A DNA stretch of 63,551 nucleotides, filler included. It is 4 parts of 4 records of this genome, joined end to end, with 100 filler letters (N's around TTAATTAATTAA, not from the genome) between each part and the next. Parts side by side here need not be neighbours in the genome. Positions count along the whole stretch, not along the records: positions 44,149 to 63,551 come from SRR20825006_379; 3 more parts are not named here. One strand, written 5' to 3'. Below are positions 48,361 to 58,281 of the stretch, piece by piece. Under the pieces are notes generated by a model. The model saw nothing but the letters and a program-made list of their open reading frames with translations. It made no database searches and was not told the DNA's origin. Both the position numbers and the translations under genes were made by a program. Positions within the stretch are counted from its first letter, which is position 1; the number at the start of each line of letters is the position of its first letter.

Positions 48361-50869
48361 AGAAAAATGTTGGCTGATCATGCTACTTTTCACTTCCATA
48401 TTCGGCACAGCTCAAGACCGAAGCGAGGTTGATTTGGTTACTTATTTAGATACTGTAGAAACGTCATTCAACGTACGTTTCTCGTATCAAACTGAAGCGG
48501 TACAAGCCCTAAAATTACCAAATTCAAGGTTTGAGCAATTAGACCAAACCTTGCAGTATATCACAAAGCAAACCGGGTTGACCATCACTAAAATCGATGA
48601 TCGATATTATAGTATTCTACCTAGAACTTCGTCTAGTTTTTGCGCTCAAATTCTTGATGCAGCAACGCTGAAATCGCTAGAAGGAGCAACAATTCAGGCA
48701 TTAAACAAAAACGCGAGTGCCGTCACAGACGCCAACGGTTATATTGAACTAGCACTGATAAAATCCGGAGATAGCATCAAGGTATCTTTTTTAGGTTATA
48801 AAACCGAGGTTCTTGAGGTAGAAAGGCTCACTTCTGATTGTCAGCAAATCAGTTTAGCTCCTAAAAGTTTTACCTTGGACGAAGTGGTGATCAAACGCTT
48901 ATTCAGTCGAGGTATTCGTAAATTTCCAGACGACCGCATTGAGATAAACACACGTGAATTTGACATTTTACCGGGATTGACAGATCCTGATATTCTACAA
49001 ACGCTGCAAATTTTACCAGGAATAGAGAGTATAGACGAAAGCATCAATAACATAAATGTGCGCGGTGGAACCCAAGATGAAAACTTGATGCTTTGGGATG
49101 AAATCAAAATGTACCATACCGGTCATTTTTTTGGCTTAATTTCAGCGTACAATCCTAATTTAACTGAGCGCGTTGAAGTCACTAAAAACGCCAACAGCTC
49201 AGAGTATTCAGGTGGAGTAAGCAGTACTATAAAAATGTACACACCTAATGCTATAACCGAAAAAATATCAGGTGGTGCCGGCTTTAATGGTCTCAGTGCA
49301 GACGCTTTTCTACAAATACCTATAAGTACAAAGCTCGCTCTTCAAATAAGCGGAAGAAGGTCTTTTGCCGATTATTTTCAAACACCCACATATACTTCTT
49401 ATTTCAATCGAAGTTTTCAAGATTCAGAGATCAAAAATGATGGTAGCTCTGCTGAAAATATCAAATCACTTTCTGATTTTAGATTTCACGATTATTCAGC
49501 AAAAATTCTTTACGACATCAGTCCAAAACATCAGCTCAGAGCCAGTTTTATATCACTCAACAACACTTTAGAATACTCCGAGTCTGACGCTGATGAACAA
49601 CTCATTAATGAAAGTTTGATAGATCAGGATAATATCGCCTTCGGAATCAATCTAAGCAGCGTCATTAACCCCGCTTATGACACGTTTCTTAATGCATATT
49701 ATACGCAATACAACATTCGCTCAACAGATCAAGATTTCAGCAACAATCAGGTATTAGCTCAAACCAATCAAGTACTCGAAACCGCTTTTAAAGCAAAAGG
49801 AACCTGGCGCCTGAATTCCCGCATGAACTTTGAACACGGTTATGAATTTACTGAAACTGGAATTCGCAATACAACAAGTGTCAATCAGCCGGTGTTTCAG
49901 CAACGCAAAAAGGATGTTGTTAGGCAACATGCGGTTTTTGGAGATTGGAGCCTTGCTACCAACAATTTCAGGCTGCATACAGGATTACGTACAACCTACT
50001 TTGAAAAATTCAATAAATTTAGACTAGAGCCTCGCATAAATATTCGTCAAAAAATAGGGCATTTTGCTTTAAAAACAGAAGCCGCTTTAAAAAACCAAAG
50101 CACCACACAGATCATTGATTTTGAAGATAATTTTCTAGGGGTAGAAAAACGGCGATGGGTTTTAGTCAATGACAATGACATTCCTTTAATCACCAGCAAA
50201 CAAATAAGTCTAGGCGTTGATTACACTCAAAACAATTGGCTGATTGATCTTACCGGTTTTTACAAACAGGTCTCCGGAATAACTGCATCAAATCAAGGTT
50301 TTCAGAACCAATTTAAATTCATCAAAACCAATGGCCGCTATGAGGCCAAAGGCTTAGAATTTCTAGTAAACAAAACCACTCCAAAATTAAGCACTTGGTT
50401 TACCTACACCTTAGCAACTAACGTGTATTCTTTTGAATCGCTGAATCCCGCGACCTTTCCCAACAACACAGATATCAGGCATTCTATAAATACGGGAGGT
50501 TCATATGCGCTCTTTAATAATTTTAAAATTGCAGTGAGTTTAAATTATCACACAGGAAGACCTTATACCTTACCCATAGAAAATGCAGAAACGCTGCCCA
50601 GCAGCAACAACACCTATGTCGTGAATTACGACACTCCAAATGCAGCCAATCTAGAAGACTTCATGCGGTTTGATGCCACAGCTAACTATTCGTTTAACTG
50701 GAATGCGGTCACAGCAAAATTTACTCTGGGGATTATCAATATTCTAAATCAAACCAATACCATTCAAAGGTATTATGAGGTTAACCCTGACGACAACACA
50801 CAAGCTATTGCCATACAGAATAATTCACTAGGTTTTACTCCTAATGCATCCCTCCGCCTGACGTTTTAA
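48350..50869 (+). CDS. TonB-dependent receptor/transducer (signalling N-extension, CarboxypepD_reg-like domain, plug, barrel); not SusC type
   Basis: Signal peptide, ..ETSFNVRFSY, TDANG..SFLGY, LQILPGI..NVRGG..DEN, and terminal aromatic residue (LTF). Confidence 0.9.
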   Translation: MLNKEKCWLIMLLFTSIFGTAQDRSEVDLVTYLDTVETSFNVRFSYQTEAVQALKLPNSRFEQLDQTLQYITKQTGLTITKIDDRYYSILPRTSSSFCAQILDAATLKSLEGATIQALNKNASAVTDANGYIELALIKSGDSIKVSFLGYKTEVLEVERLTSDCQQISLAPKSFTLDEVVIKRLFSRGIRKFPDDRIEINTREFDILPGLTDPDILQTLQILPGIESIDESINNINVRGGTQDENLMLWDEIKMYHTGHFFGLISAYNPNLTERVEVTKNANSSEYSGGVSSTIKMYTPNAITEKISGGAGFNGLSADAFLQIPISTKLALQISGRRSFADYFQTPTYTSYFNRSFQDSEIKNDGSSAENIKSLSDFRFHDYSAKILYDISPKHQLRASFISLNNTLEYSESDADEQLINESLIDQDNIAFGINLSSVINPAYDTFLNAYYTQYNIRSTDQDFSNNQVLAQTNQVLETAFKAKGTWRLNSRMNFEHGYEFTETGIRNTTSVNQPVFQQRKKDVVRQHAVFGDWSLATNNFRLHTGLRTTYFEKFNKFRLEPRINIRQKIGHFALKTEAALKNQSTTQIIDFEDNFLGVEKRRWVLVNDNDIPLITSKQISLGVDYTQNNWLIDLTGFYKQVSGITASNQGFQNQFKFIKTNGRYEAKGLEFLVNKTTPKLSTWFTYTLATNVYSFESLNPATFPNNTDIRHSINTGGSYALFNNFKIAVSLNYHTGRPYTLPIENAETLPSSNNTYVVNYDTPNAANLEDFMRFDATANYSFNWNAVTAKFTLGIINILNQTNTIQRYYEVNPDDNTQAIAIQNNSLGFTPNASLRLTF

Positions 50870-52645
50870 TTACATACGCTCGGGAACCTGAATCCCAAGT
50901 AATCCAAATGCCGCCTCGATCACCTCGCCTACCTTTTTAGAAAGTGATACACGGAAGCTTTTTTCTGCATCGGTATCTGCTCCTAAAATAGAGACTTGTT
51001 GATAGAAGGAATTAAACTCCTTTACCAAGTCATAGGTATAATTTGCGATCAACGCCGGACTGTGATTTTCTGCGGCCAACTGTACCGTTTCAGGATATAA
51101 AGCGAGTTGCTTGATCAGCTCTTTTTCTTTAGGCTGAAGCGCTTCATACACATAATCTTGAGCAACTCCGGTATCTTGAGCCTTTCTCAAAATCGACTGA
51201 ATACGCGCATAAGTATACTGAATAAACGGACCTGTATTTCCTTGAAAGTCTACAGATTCTTCCGGATTGAAAAGAATACGCTTTTTAGGATCTACTTTTA
51301 GAATATAGTACTTCAATGCGCCAAGACCTATGATCTTGTATAATTCTTGTTTTTCAGCTTCGCTGTAGCCGTCTAGTTTCCCTAATTCTTGAGCGATGTT
51401 TCCGGCAGTTGTAGCCATTTCTTCTACGAGGTCGTCTGCATCAACTACAGTACCTTCACGGCTTTTCATTTTTCCGCTAGGCAAATCAACCATTCCATAG
51501 CTCAAATGGAATAAATGCTCAGCCCAATCATAACCTAATTTTTTCAGAATTAAGAAAAGCACTTTAAAGTGGTAATCTTGTTCATTACCTACGGTATAGA
51601 TCATTCCGCCTACATCCGGATGATCTTTCACCCGCTGAATCGCAGTACCTATATCTTGCGTCATATAAACCGCAGTACCATCACTACGCAGAACGAGTTT
51701 CTCATCAAGACCGTCTTCGGTTAAATCACACCAAACCGAACCGTCTTCTTTTTTATAGAAAACACCTTTTTTAAGGCCTTCTTCAATATTGTCTTTTCCT
51801 AATAAGTAGGTATTGCTTTCGTAATAATAACTATCAAAATCAACACCCAGATTTTTATAGGTTTCTTCAAAACCTTCATAAACCCAGCCGTTCATTTTTT
51901 TCCAAAGTGCAACAACTTCTTCATCACCGGCTTCCCATTTGCGCAACATATCTTGAGCCTCGAGAATTAGCGGCGCTTCCTTTTCGGCCTCTTCTTTCGT
52001 TTTTCCCTGCGCTACTAAATAGGATTGTTCTTCTTTGTAAGCTTTATCAAACTTCACGTAATAATTCCCTACCAGTTTATCGCCTTTGAGTCCGGTTGAC
52101 TCTGGAGTTTCACCTTCACCAAATTTCTGCCACGCCAGCATACTCTTGCAAATATGAATTCCGCGGTCGTTGATGATCTGTGTTTTATAGACTTTCTTTC
52201 CGCTAGCTTTTAAAATTTCGGCAACAGAATAACCTAATAAATTATTGCGGATGTGCCCCAGATGCAACGGCTTATTTGTGTTAGGCGAAGAATATTCAAC
52301 CATCACTGCTTTACCGGCTTCAGGCTCGTGACCAAAGTTTTTTTGGTCTTTAATCCCATCAAAGAAATTCAAGTAAAAAGCATCTGAAATCACAAGATTT
52401 AAAAAGCCCTTCACGACATTAAAGTCTGCGATTTCGTCTAGATTCTCTTTCACATAAGTTCCTATCTGCTCGCCTATTACCGCCGGATTTCCTTTTGCAA
52501 CGCGCAAAATAGGAAACACCACAACGGTTAGATCTCCTTCAAAATCCTTACGAGTAGGCTGAATTTCAACACTTTCTAGAGTTGCGCTAAAAAGTTCTTG
52601 AACCGCATCTTTAACGGCTTTTGTGAGTTTATCTGATAAATTCAT
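50870..52645 (-). CDS. argS: Arginyl-tRNA synthetase
   Basis: EYSSPNTNKPLHLGH, KMKSREG and YIQ-like FIQYTYAR motifs. Start ATG 52645. Confidence 0.97.
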   Translation of the reverse strand: MNLSDKLTKAVKDAVQELFSATLESVEIQPTRKDFEGDLTVVVFPILRVAKGNPAVIGEQIGTYVKENLDEIADFNVVKGFLNLVISDAFYLNFFDGIKDQKNFGHEPEAGKAVMVEYSSPNTNKPLHLGHIRNNLLGYSVAEILKASGKKVYKTQIINDRGIHICKSMLAWQKFGEGETPESTGLKGDKLVGNYYVKFDKAYKEEQSYLVAQGKTKEEAEKEAPLILEAQDMLRKWEAGDEEVVALWKKMNGWVYEGFEETYKNLGVDFDSYYYESNTYLLGKDNIEEGLKKGVFYKKEDGSVWCDLTEDGLDEKLVLRSDGTAVYMTQDIGTAIQRVKDHPDVGGMIYTVGNEQDYHFKVLFLILKKLGYDWAEHLFHLSYGMVDLPSGKMKSREGTVVDADDLVEEMATTAGNIAQELGKLDGYSEAEKQELYKIIGLGALKYYILKVDPKKRILFNPEESVDFQGNTGPFIQYTYARIQSILRKAQDTGVAQDYVYEALQPKEKELIKQLALYPETVQLAAENHSPALIANYTYDLVKEFNSFYQQVSILGADTDAEKSFRVSLSKKVGEVIEAAFGLLGIQVPERM

Positions 52646-52773
52646 GAGTGCTTTTTCTGAAGGCGCAAAGATACGTAAAACAAGCGGTTGACAAAGCAAA
52701 ATAGCGCAACTCACGCTGATCAAAGTCCGCTTAGATAGCATTAGCCCGCAAAGTGGTATCTTTAAAAGAAAAA

Positions 52774-53205
52774 ATGCTACTTAATGTCTCCTACAATAAT
52801 CCTGAAGTTACCCGAAAGATCTACACCGAAGTTGGTAAACCTTTTACGCTGCGCGAGCGCATTAAAATGAAAGGGATTGGTTCGTCAAAACTCTTTATCA
52901 CTGCTACGAGTATTGAAATTCACAACCTACTTATTCTGGACAGCTATGTCAACACCTGTAATATTGAAATGCGCCCTAACGGGATCATAGTGGGTTTCCG
53001 CTCGTTGCTAGAATCATACGCACTGATCATCCCGTACTACAAACTACGAATCTACAAAGGCCAAGCCGAAGAATACAGCATTTACAGAGATCAGTATTTT
53101 ATAAAAATCAGAGCGAAAGCTAACGACAAAGCCACGCATAAATTCATTAAGAAAATAATGGATTTTAAAGCTGAGAATCTTCCGCTAGGTCCTGAGGATC
53201 TGTAG
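52774..53205 (+). CDS. Conserved Flavobacteriaceae hypothetical protein
   Basis: VGKPF..ERIK..GIGS and NIEMRP.GI motifs; TATCTTTA -7-like element at 52757. Confidence 0.75.
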   Translation: MLLNVSYNNPEVTRKIYTEVGKPFTLRERIKMKGIGSSKLFITATSIEIHNLLILDSYVNTCNIEMRPNGIIVGFRSLLESYALIIPYYKLRIYKGQAEEYSIYRDQYFIKIRAKANDKATHKFIKKIMDFKAENLPLGPEDL

Positions 53206-53293
53206 ATGCCTCATTTCATATAAACTGGCAATAATTTCGAGGAAACACAAGGGCCATAATACGAGAGCCAAATATATTGATCTAACTTGATAT

Positions 53294-53328
53294 AAAAAAT
53301 GCAGTAGGACATTACACCCTACTGCATT
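53294..53328 (-). terminator. Intrinsic terminator for the 53355-53858 gene
   Basis: AATGCAGTAGG-N9-CCTACTGCATT with an A6 tract. Confidence 0.75.
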
Positions 53329-53354
53329 GATAGTAATTCTTTTTTGACTTCTAT

Positions 53355-53858
53355 TTAGTATTCAAAAAACCAGCCCGAGTTTTTTGCTTTGACAAAAAGC
53401 GTAAAGGACTTGATCTTCTTTTTATTTTCACTCATTAGAAAATACTGAAGGATTTCGGTTTCCTTGTCATTTGTTAGAACGTAAATTCTATCTTTAAACT
53501 CACCCGATGTATTGAACTGTAACTGGATTTCGCTTAATCCTTTCAGCTCTTCATAGGGGAAAACTTTAGGGTCATTAAGTTTTCGAATCTCTGGATTTGG
53601 AATTAACCATCCATTATTTTTTTTATTCTTACGGGTTTCCTTAATAATCTGGATTGCAAGTTTTTTCCTTTTGGTCACTGAAGCCTTAAGATTATCTTCT
53701 TTATCAGTCGAGATATACTCATCAAAAACAATTTCTGGATCAATAGATTTATCAAAAAGATCCAAAACAAAACGAGATATCATTTTTTCTTGTTCATTTT
53801 CTTGGGAATAAGCCACATTAAAAGCTAAAATAAGTACTATAAAGTATGCTTTTTTCAT
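53355..53858 (-). CDS. Secreted hypothetical protein, candidate orphan immunity/partner protein
   Basis: Sec signal MKKAYFIVLILAFNVAYS|Q; very AT-rich; starts 14 nt after the stop of a decayed ORF. Confidence 0.7.
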   Translation of the reverse strand: MKKAYFIVLILAFNVAYSQENEQEKMISRFVLDLFDKSIDPEIVFDEYISTDKEDNLKASVTKRKKLAIQIIKETRKNKKNNGWLIPNPEIRKLNDPKVFPYEELKGLSEIQLQFNTSGEFKDRIYVLTNDKETEILQYFLMSENKKKIKSFTLFVKAKNSGWFFEY

Positions 53859-53872
53859 GAATGATTTTTTTA

Positions 53873-54240
53873 TTAACATCTTCCTGATTCTTTAGAAGAA
53901 TAGCATTTATATTTTTTTACAGTAATGACATCATCAGAATTCATCTTCCTACTTGCCTAGACTTCTTCCTGAATAAGTAAGTTAAGAAACTGTACTTGAA
54001 GGAAGTGTGATCCCTCCTCTTTTTTGCAACTTCAATAGCAGAATCAGCATAAGCACAACTACTCACATTATTTTTATTAGGAGGATTTTTGATCTATGTA
54101 ATTATGTCACTGAGTTGAGATGCTTTGATCACTTTAAAAATACTTCCGTGAAATAAATATTCATTATTATCTCTTAATTCAGAATCATACGTCACACTAA
54201 CACCTACAAACGCATAAATTGAGCTACTCTTAGGAAACAT
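53873..54240 (-). pseudogene. Decayed C-terminal fragment of a toxin-like/papain-fold-like protein
   Basis: Manual translation gives MFPKSS..DSELRDN..SQLSDIIT*IKNPP..AD.AIEVAK/RGGITLPSSTVS*..SGRSLGK*ED/MNSD..SGRC*, with 3 stops and 2 frameshifts. Confidence 0.55.
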
Positions 54241-54337
54241 TCATTAATTCAAATATAGATATTAGGGTCTAAAGATTGCTAATACAAATCTGTATCATTT
54301 AATAAATCCATTTCAAAAATCGTATCTTTAAAAGGCT

Positions 54338-55792
54338 ATGAAAATATTACTTACAGGAGCTAATGGTTATATCGGGATGCGACTCATCCCCTTTCTCTTA
54401 GAGGCCGGGCACGAATTGGTTTGCGCCGTTCGGGACAAAAATAGACTAGCGGTAAACCCGCGTACGCGTTCTAAGATCAGTATTGTTGAAATTGATTTTC
54501 TTGAAGAACCCAATCCAGATTTACTGCCTCAAGACATTGATGCGGCCTATTACCTCATTCATTCTATGACCTCATCAACGGTTGATTTTGATGAGAAAGA
54601 AAAACGCGCTGCAGAAAACTTTAATATTTATCTCTCTAAAACACGATGCGAACAGGTAATTTATTTGAGTGGTATCGTAAATGATGAAAAATTAAGCAAG
54701 CACCTCAACTCCCGAAAACAAGTAGAAGACACGCTGTATCAAGGCAATTTTAATCTAACGGTTTTGCGCGCAGCCATCATTGTAGGTTCCGGGAGCTCTT
54801 CATTTGAGATCATTAGAGATCTCTGCGAAAAACTACCACTTATGATTACCCCAAAATGGGTAAAAACACGCTGTCAGCCCATTGCCATTCGTAATGTGAT
54901 TCAGTATTTAACGGGAGTTCTAGGCAACCAATCATGCTATAATGATTCGTTTGACATTGGCGGTCCTGATGTTTTGACCTATAAACAAATGATGCTGCTG
55001 TACTCTAAAATAAGAGGTCTTAGCCTTAGTATTTTAGACGTGCCGGTAATGAGTCCCAAGCTTTCGTCTTACTGGCTTTATTTTGTGACTTCAACCAGTT
55101 ATAAACTTGCGCTCAATCTGGTTGACAGTATGCGTGTAGAAGTGATTACCTGCGATACGCGTTTACAGGAAATGCTTAATATAAAACCTATAAATTATAC
55201 AGATGCTATCAAGCTCGCTTTTGAAAAAATTGAACAAAACCAGGTAGTCTCCAGTTGGAAAGATAGTTTAGTAAGTGGGCGGTTTAGAAAAGATCTTAAT
55301 CATTATATCAAAGTTCCTGAATACGGCTGCCTTAAAGACCGCCAAAGTATAAAGCTGAAAAATCCAGAACAAGCACTTGAGAACATTTGGTCAATTGGCG
55401 GTAAACGCGGCTGGTATTATGCTAATACCTTATGGAAAATTCGCGGTTTTATAGATAAATTATGGGGAGGTGTTGGTTTGCGCAGAGGCCGCACACACAG
55501 CAATGAACTTTACGAAGGGGATTCTCTTGATTTTTGGCGCGTGCTTCTCGCGGATAAAGAAGAGCGTCGCCTCTTGCTTTTTGCCGAAATGCGCGTTCCC
55601 GGAGAGGCATGGCTTGATTGGGAGATCGACGACGACAATATATTACATCAAACTGCTACCTTTAGACCTCGCGGACTTTGGGGCCGCCTTTATTGGTTCA
55701 GCATGCTGCCTTTTCACTATTTTATTTTCGGAGGAATGATTCGCAATATTGCGCGTTATGAACCTAAAACTACAGCAATATCAAATTCATAA
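54338..55792 (+). CDS. YbjT-like atypical SDR with DUF2867 C-terminal domain
   Basis: TGANGYIG, AYYLIHSM, IGGKRGWY and DFWRV..AEMRVPGEAWL motifs. Confidence 0.9.
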   Translation: MKILLTGANGYIGMRLIPFLLEAGHELVCAVRDKNRLAVNPRTRSKISIVEIDFLEEPNPDLLPQDIDAAYYLIHSMTSSTVDFDEKEKRAAENFNIYLSKTRCEQVIYLSGIVNDEKLSKHLNSRKQVEDTLYQGNFNLTVLRAAIIVGSGSSSFEIIRDLCEKLPLMITPKWVKTRCQPIAIRNVIQYLTGVLGNQSCYNDSFDIGGPDVLTYKQMMLLYSKIRGLSLSILDVPVMSPKLSSYWLYFVTSTSYKLALNLVDSMRVEVITCDTRLQEMLNIKPINYTDAIKLAFEKIEQNQVVSSWKDSLVSGRFRKDLNHYIKVPEYGCLKDRQSIKLKNPEQALENIWSIGGKRGWYYANTLWKIRGFIDKLWGGVGLRRGRTHSNELYEGDSLDFWRVLLADKEERRLLLFAEMRVPGEAWLDWEIDDDNILHQTATFRPRGLWGRLYWFSMLPFHYFIFGGMIRNIARYEPKTTAISNS

Positions 55793-55830
55793 CTTCGCTA
55801 AAAGCAAACCTGTTAATTCTGATTCCGGCT

Positions 55831-57276
55831 GTGATTTTACTTGGTCTTGCCGGTCTGATTTTTTTATTTACTGAAGAAAGTTATGCATTGATCGAAACGC
55901 TTTCAACCAGCATTCGAAGCTATTTTGGAAGGTTTTATATTATTCTTGGTTTAGTATGTGTGCTTCTTCTTGTAGGACTTGCGGTGTCTCCCATAGGAAA
56001 ATTCAAACTGGGAAGAACCAACGAAAAACCTGCATTTTCGCGATTGTCCTGGATCGCTATGCTTTACAGCGCCGGAATGGGTGCAGGCATTCTGCTCAGA
56101 GCTGTTCAAGAGCCCGTATTTATGCAGCAGAATCCGCCAATTATTACTAAAACTTCTGCTGAAATTCAGGCTTTAGAATTTACATTTTACCAATGGGGCT
56201 TTACCGTCTGGGCTTTTTATGCTGTTTTTGCTTTAGCCATTGGCACTGCTGTATTTAAATACGGTCGCCCGCCCTATACTAGCAGTACGGTTTTTACCCA
56301 TTCAAAAACACGTGCTTCTAAAATTGGCATCAAGAGTATAGATCTGCTGGTAATTTTGACCACCGTCTTCGGACTCATTGCTGCTGTAGCCTTAGGCGCA
56401 CGACAAATTAAAGGCGGACTCGATTATCTAAACGGCGCTCTTTTAAGTGAAAATGTTTCGCTTGTAATCATAAGCGCAATTGGAGTTTTTGCACTGATCT
56501 CCGCTTTAAGCGGATTACAGAAAGGAATTAAACTGATATCCCGTGCTAATATCTTTTTGAGTGTTACCCTCCTGTTTTTCGTTTTTCTACAAGGAAATAT
56601 CTTATCGATACTAAATCAGTTTGTGAGCGGTTTATACCATTATTTTATTGATTTCATTCCGCTTAGTTTAGCTTACGGAAATTTTGATCCGGGAGAGGCC
56701 TTTCTCACTGATTGGACGTATTATTATTGGGCGTTTTGGATCGCGTGGGCACCCTTTACGGGTATTTTTATCGCCAATATTTCGCGTGGAAGAACGCTAA
56801 GGGAAATTATAATCGGTGTGCTTTTAATACCTTCGTTGGGAAGTTTTTTCTGGTTTACCGTTTTTGGTCAATCGGCTTTTGAGCTTATCGAAGAATGGGG
56901 AAGCTATAACCGCGAGTTTGATAATGTATTCAGTTCTCTATTTATTTTCCTAAGTAATTATCCGGCGCAATCAATCGTTAATACATTAGTTATTCTTTTA
57001 CTGATAAGCTTTTTGGTCACCTCATTAGATTCGGCTATTCTTGTTCTTAGTCTGCACAACAGCCGGTCTGAAAACCCATCAAAACGCAGCCGAATTCTAT
57101 GGGGACTACTTTTGACTCTTACTACAATCGCTTTTACGATTCTGAGCTTTAATAAAGAAAACGTTGATGTTTTAAACACGATGCAAAAACTGCTCATCGT
57201 AACCTCTTTGCCGCTCAGCTTCTTTATGGTTTGGATGCTATTCCGCTGGATAAAAAGTCTGCTGACTAAAGCTTAG
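55831..57276 (+). CDS. BCCT-family transporter
   Basis: WIAMLYSAGMGAG and WTYYYWAFWIAWAPFTGIFIANISRGRT motifs. Start uncertain; the frame is open from 55768. Confidence 0.9.
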   Translation: MILLGLAGLIFLFTEESYALIETLSTSIRSYFGRFYIILGLVCVLLLVGLAVSPIGKFKLGRTNEKPAFSRLSWIAMLYSAGMGAGILLRAVQEPVFMQQNPPIITKTSAEIQALEFTFYQWGFTVWAFYAVFALAIGTAVFKYGRPPYTSSTVFTHSKTRASKIGIKSIDLLVILTTVFGLIAAVALGARQIKGGLDYLNGALLSENVSLVIISAIGVFALISALSGLQKGIKLISRANIFLSVTLLFFVFLQGNILSILNQFVSGLYHYFIDFIPLSLAYGNFDPGEAFLTDWTYYYWAFWIAWAPFTGIFIANISRGRTLREIIIGVLLIPSLGSFFWFTVFGQSAFELIEEWGSYNREFDNVFSSLFIFLSNYPAQSIVNTLVILLLISFLVTSLDSAILVLSLHNSRSENPSKRSRILWGLLLTLTTIAFTILSFNKENVDVLNTMQKLLIVTSLPLSFFMVWMLFRWIKSLLTKA

Positions 57277-58198
57277 GCAAGAAAATTTCGGCTAACATAC
57301 ACCGTGCGCTTCCGCCACCACACGTCTCAATAGTGGTTAAATCACTGCTTAGAATCTCACAATACTTTGTGATACTTGCAATCTGCGAGGCATCAAGAGC
57401 TTGATGCGCACTCGCACTCATGACTAAAAAGCGTTTACCCGCTGCATTTTTTACTTGCAGCATATTGCCTGCAAATTGATGCATTTGCGCTTCGGTGATC
57501 GCAATAACCTCTTTACCAGATTCTTTAAGCTGATTGATCACTTGTTTGCGCTCTTTTTTATCATCTATAGATTGTAGGCAAACCACAGCAAATTCTTCGG
57601 CAATACACATCATCACATTGGTGTGATAAATAGGAAGACGTTCATTTCCCACCGTTTGATTTGCCGTAAATAGCACCGGCAAATATTCAAAATCTTCACA
57701 AAACTCTATAAACAAATCCTCATCAGCACGCGCCGAAAGCGCACAGTAGGCCTTCTCATTTACACGATCTAAAATAATGCTACCGGTTCCTTCAAGAAAA
57801 AGTCCCTCTTCTTCTGCTTCGGTATAATCGATAACATTTTTAATTGCAAAACCAGAGCTTTCCAATAACGTAAAAAATTCCTCACGACGTTCTCTACGCC
57901 TGTTTTCGGCATACATTGGGTATAACGCCACATCACCATTTTTGTGAGTACTCACCCAATTATTTGGAAAAATGGAGTCTGGTGTATTCATTTCCTTTTC
58001 ATCTTGAAGTACCAGCACATGGATCCCGGCAGCTTTCAATTTTGTTACAAATGCATCAAATTCTTGTTGCGCCTGTGCATTGATCGCTTCGTTTTCCAAC
58101 GCCAGATCTTCTTGAAAATAATTATTTACAGCAGTTTCTTCATTCTTTCTAAACGATGCAGGACGCACCATCAAAACTGTATCTGTAACTTGACTCAT
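57266..58198 (-). CDS. ctlX: Citrulline utilisation hydrolase CtlX-like amidinotransferase
   Basis: TPDSIFPNNW, LEGTGS, IYHTNV and GGGSARCM motifs. Confidence 0.85.
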   Translation of the reverse strand: MSQVTDTVLMVRPASFRKNEETAVNNYFQEDLALENEAINAQAQQEFDAFVTKLKAAGIHVLVLQDEKEMNTPDSIFPNNWVSTHKNGDVALYPMYAENRRRERREEFFTLLESSGFAIKNVIDYTEAEEEGLFLEGTGSIILDRVNEKAYCALSARADEDLFIEFCEDFEYLPVLFTANQTVGNERLPIYHTNVMMCIAEEFAVVCLQSIDDKKERKQVINQLKESGKEVIAITEAQMHQFAGNMLQVKNAAGKRFLVMSASAHQALDASQIASITKYCEILSSDLTTIETCGGGSARCMLAEIFLPKL

Positions 58199-58281
58199 AG
58201 GGGTATTTTTTTGCGGCCAAATGTAATAAGCTTAGCCTAAAATTCAATAGTTAAACTAATAAGAATTGCGTTTGCGAAAGC

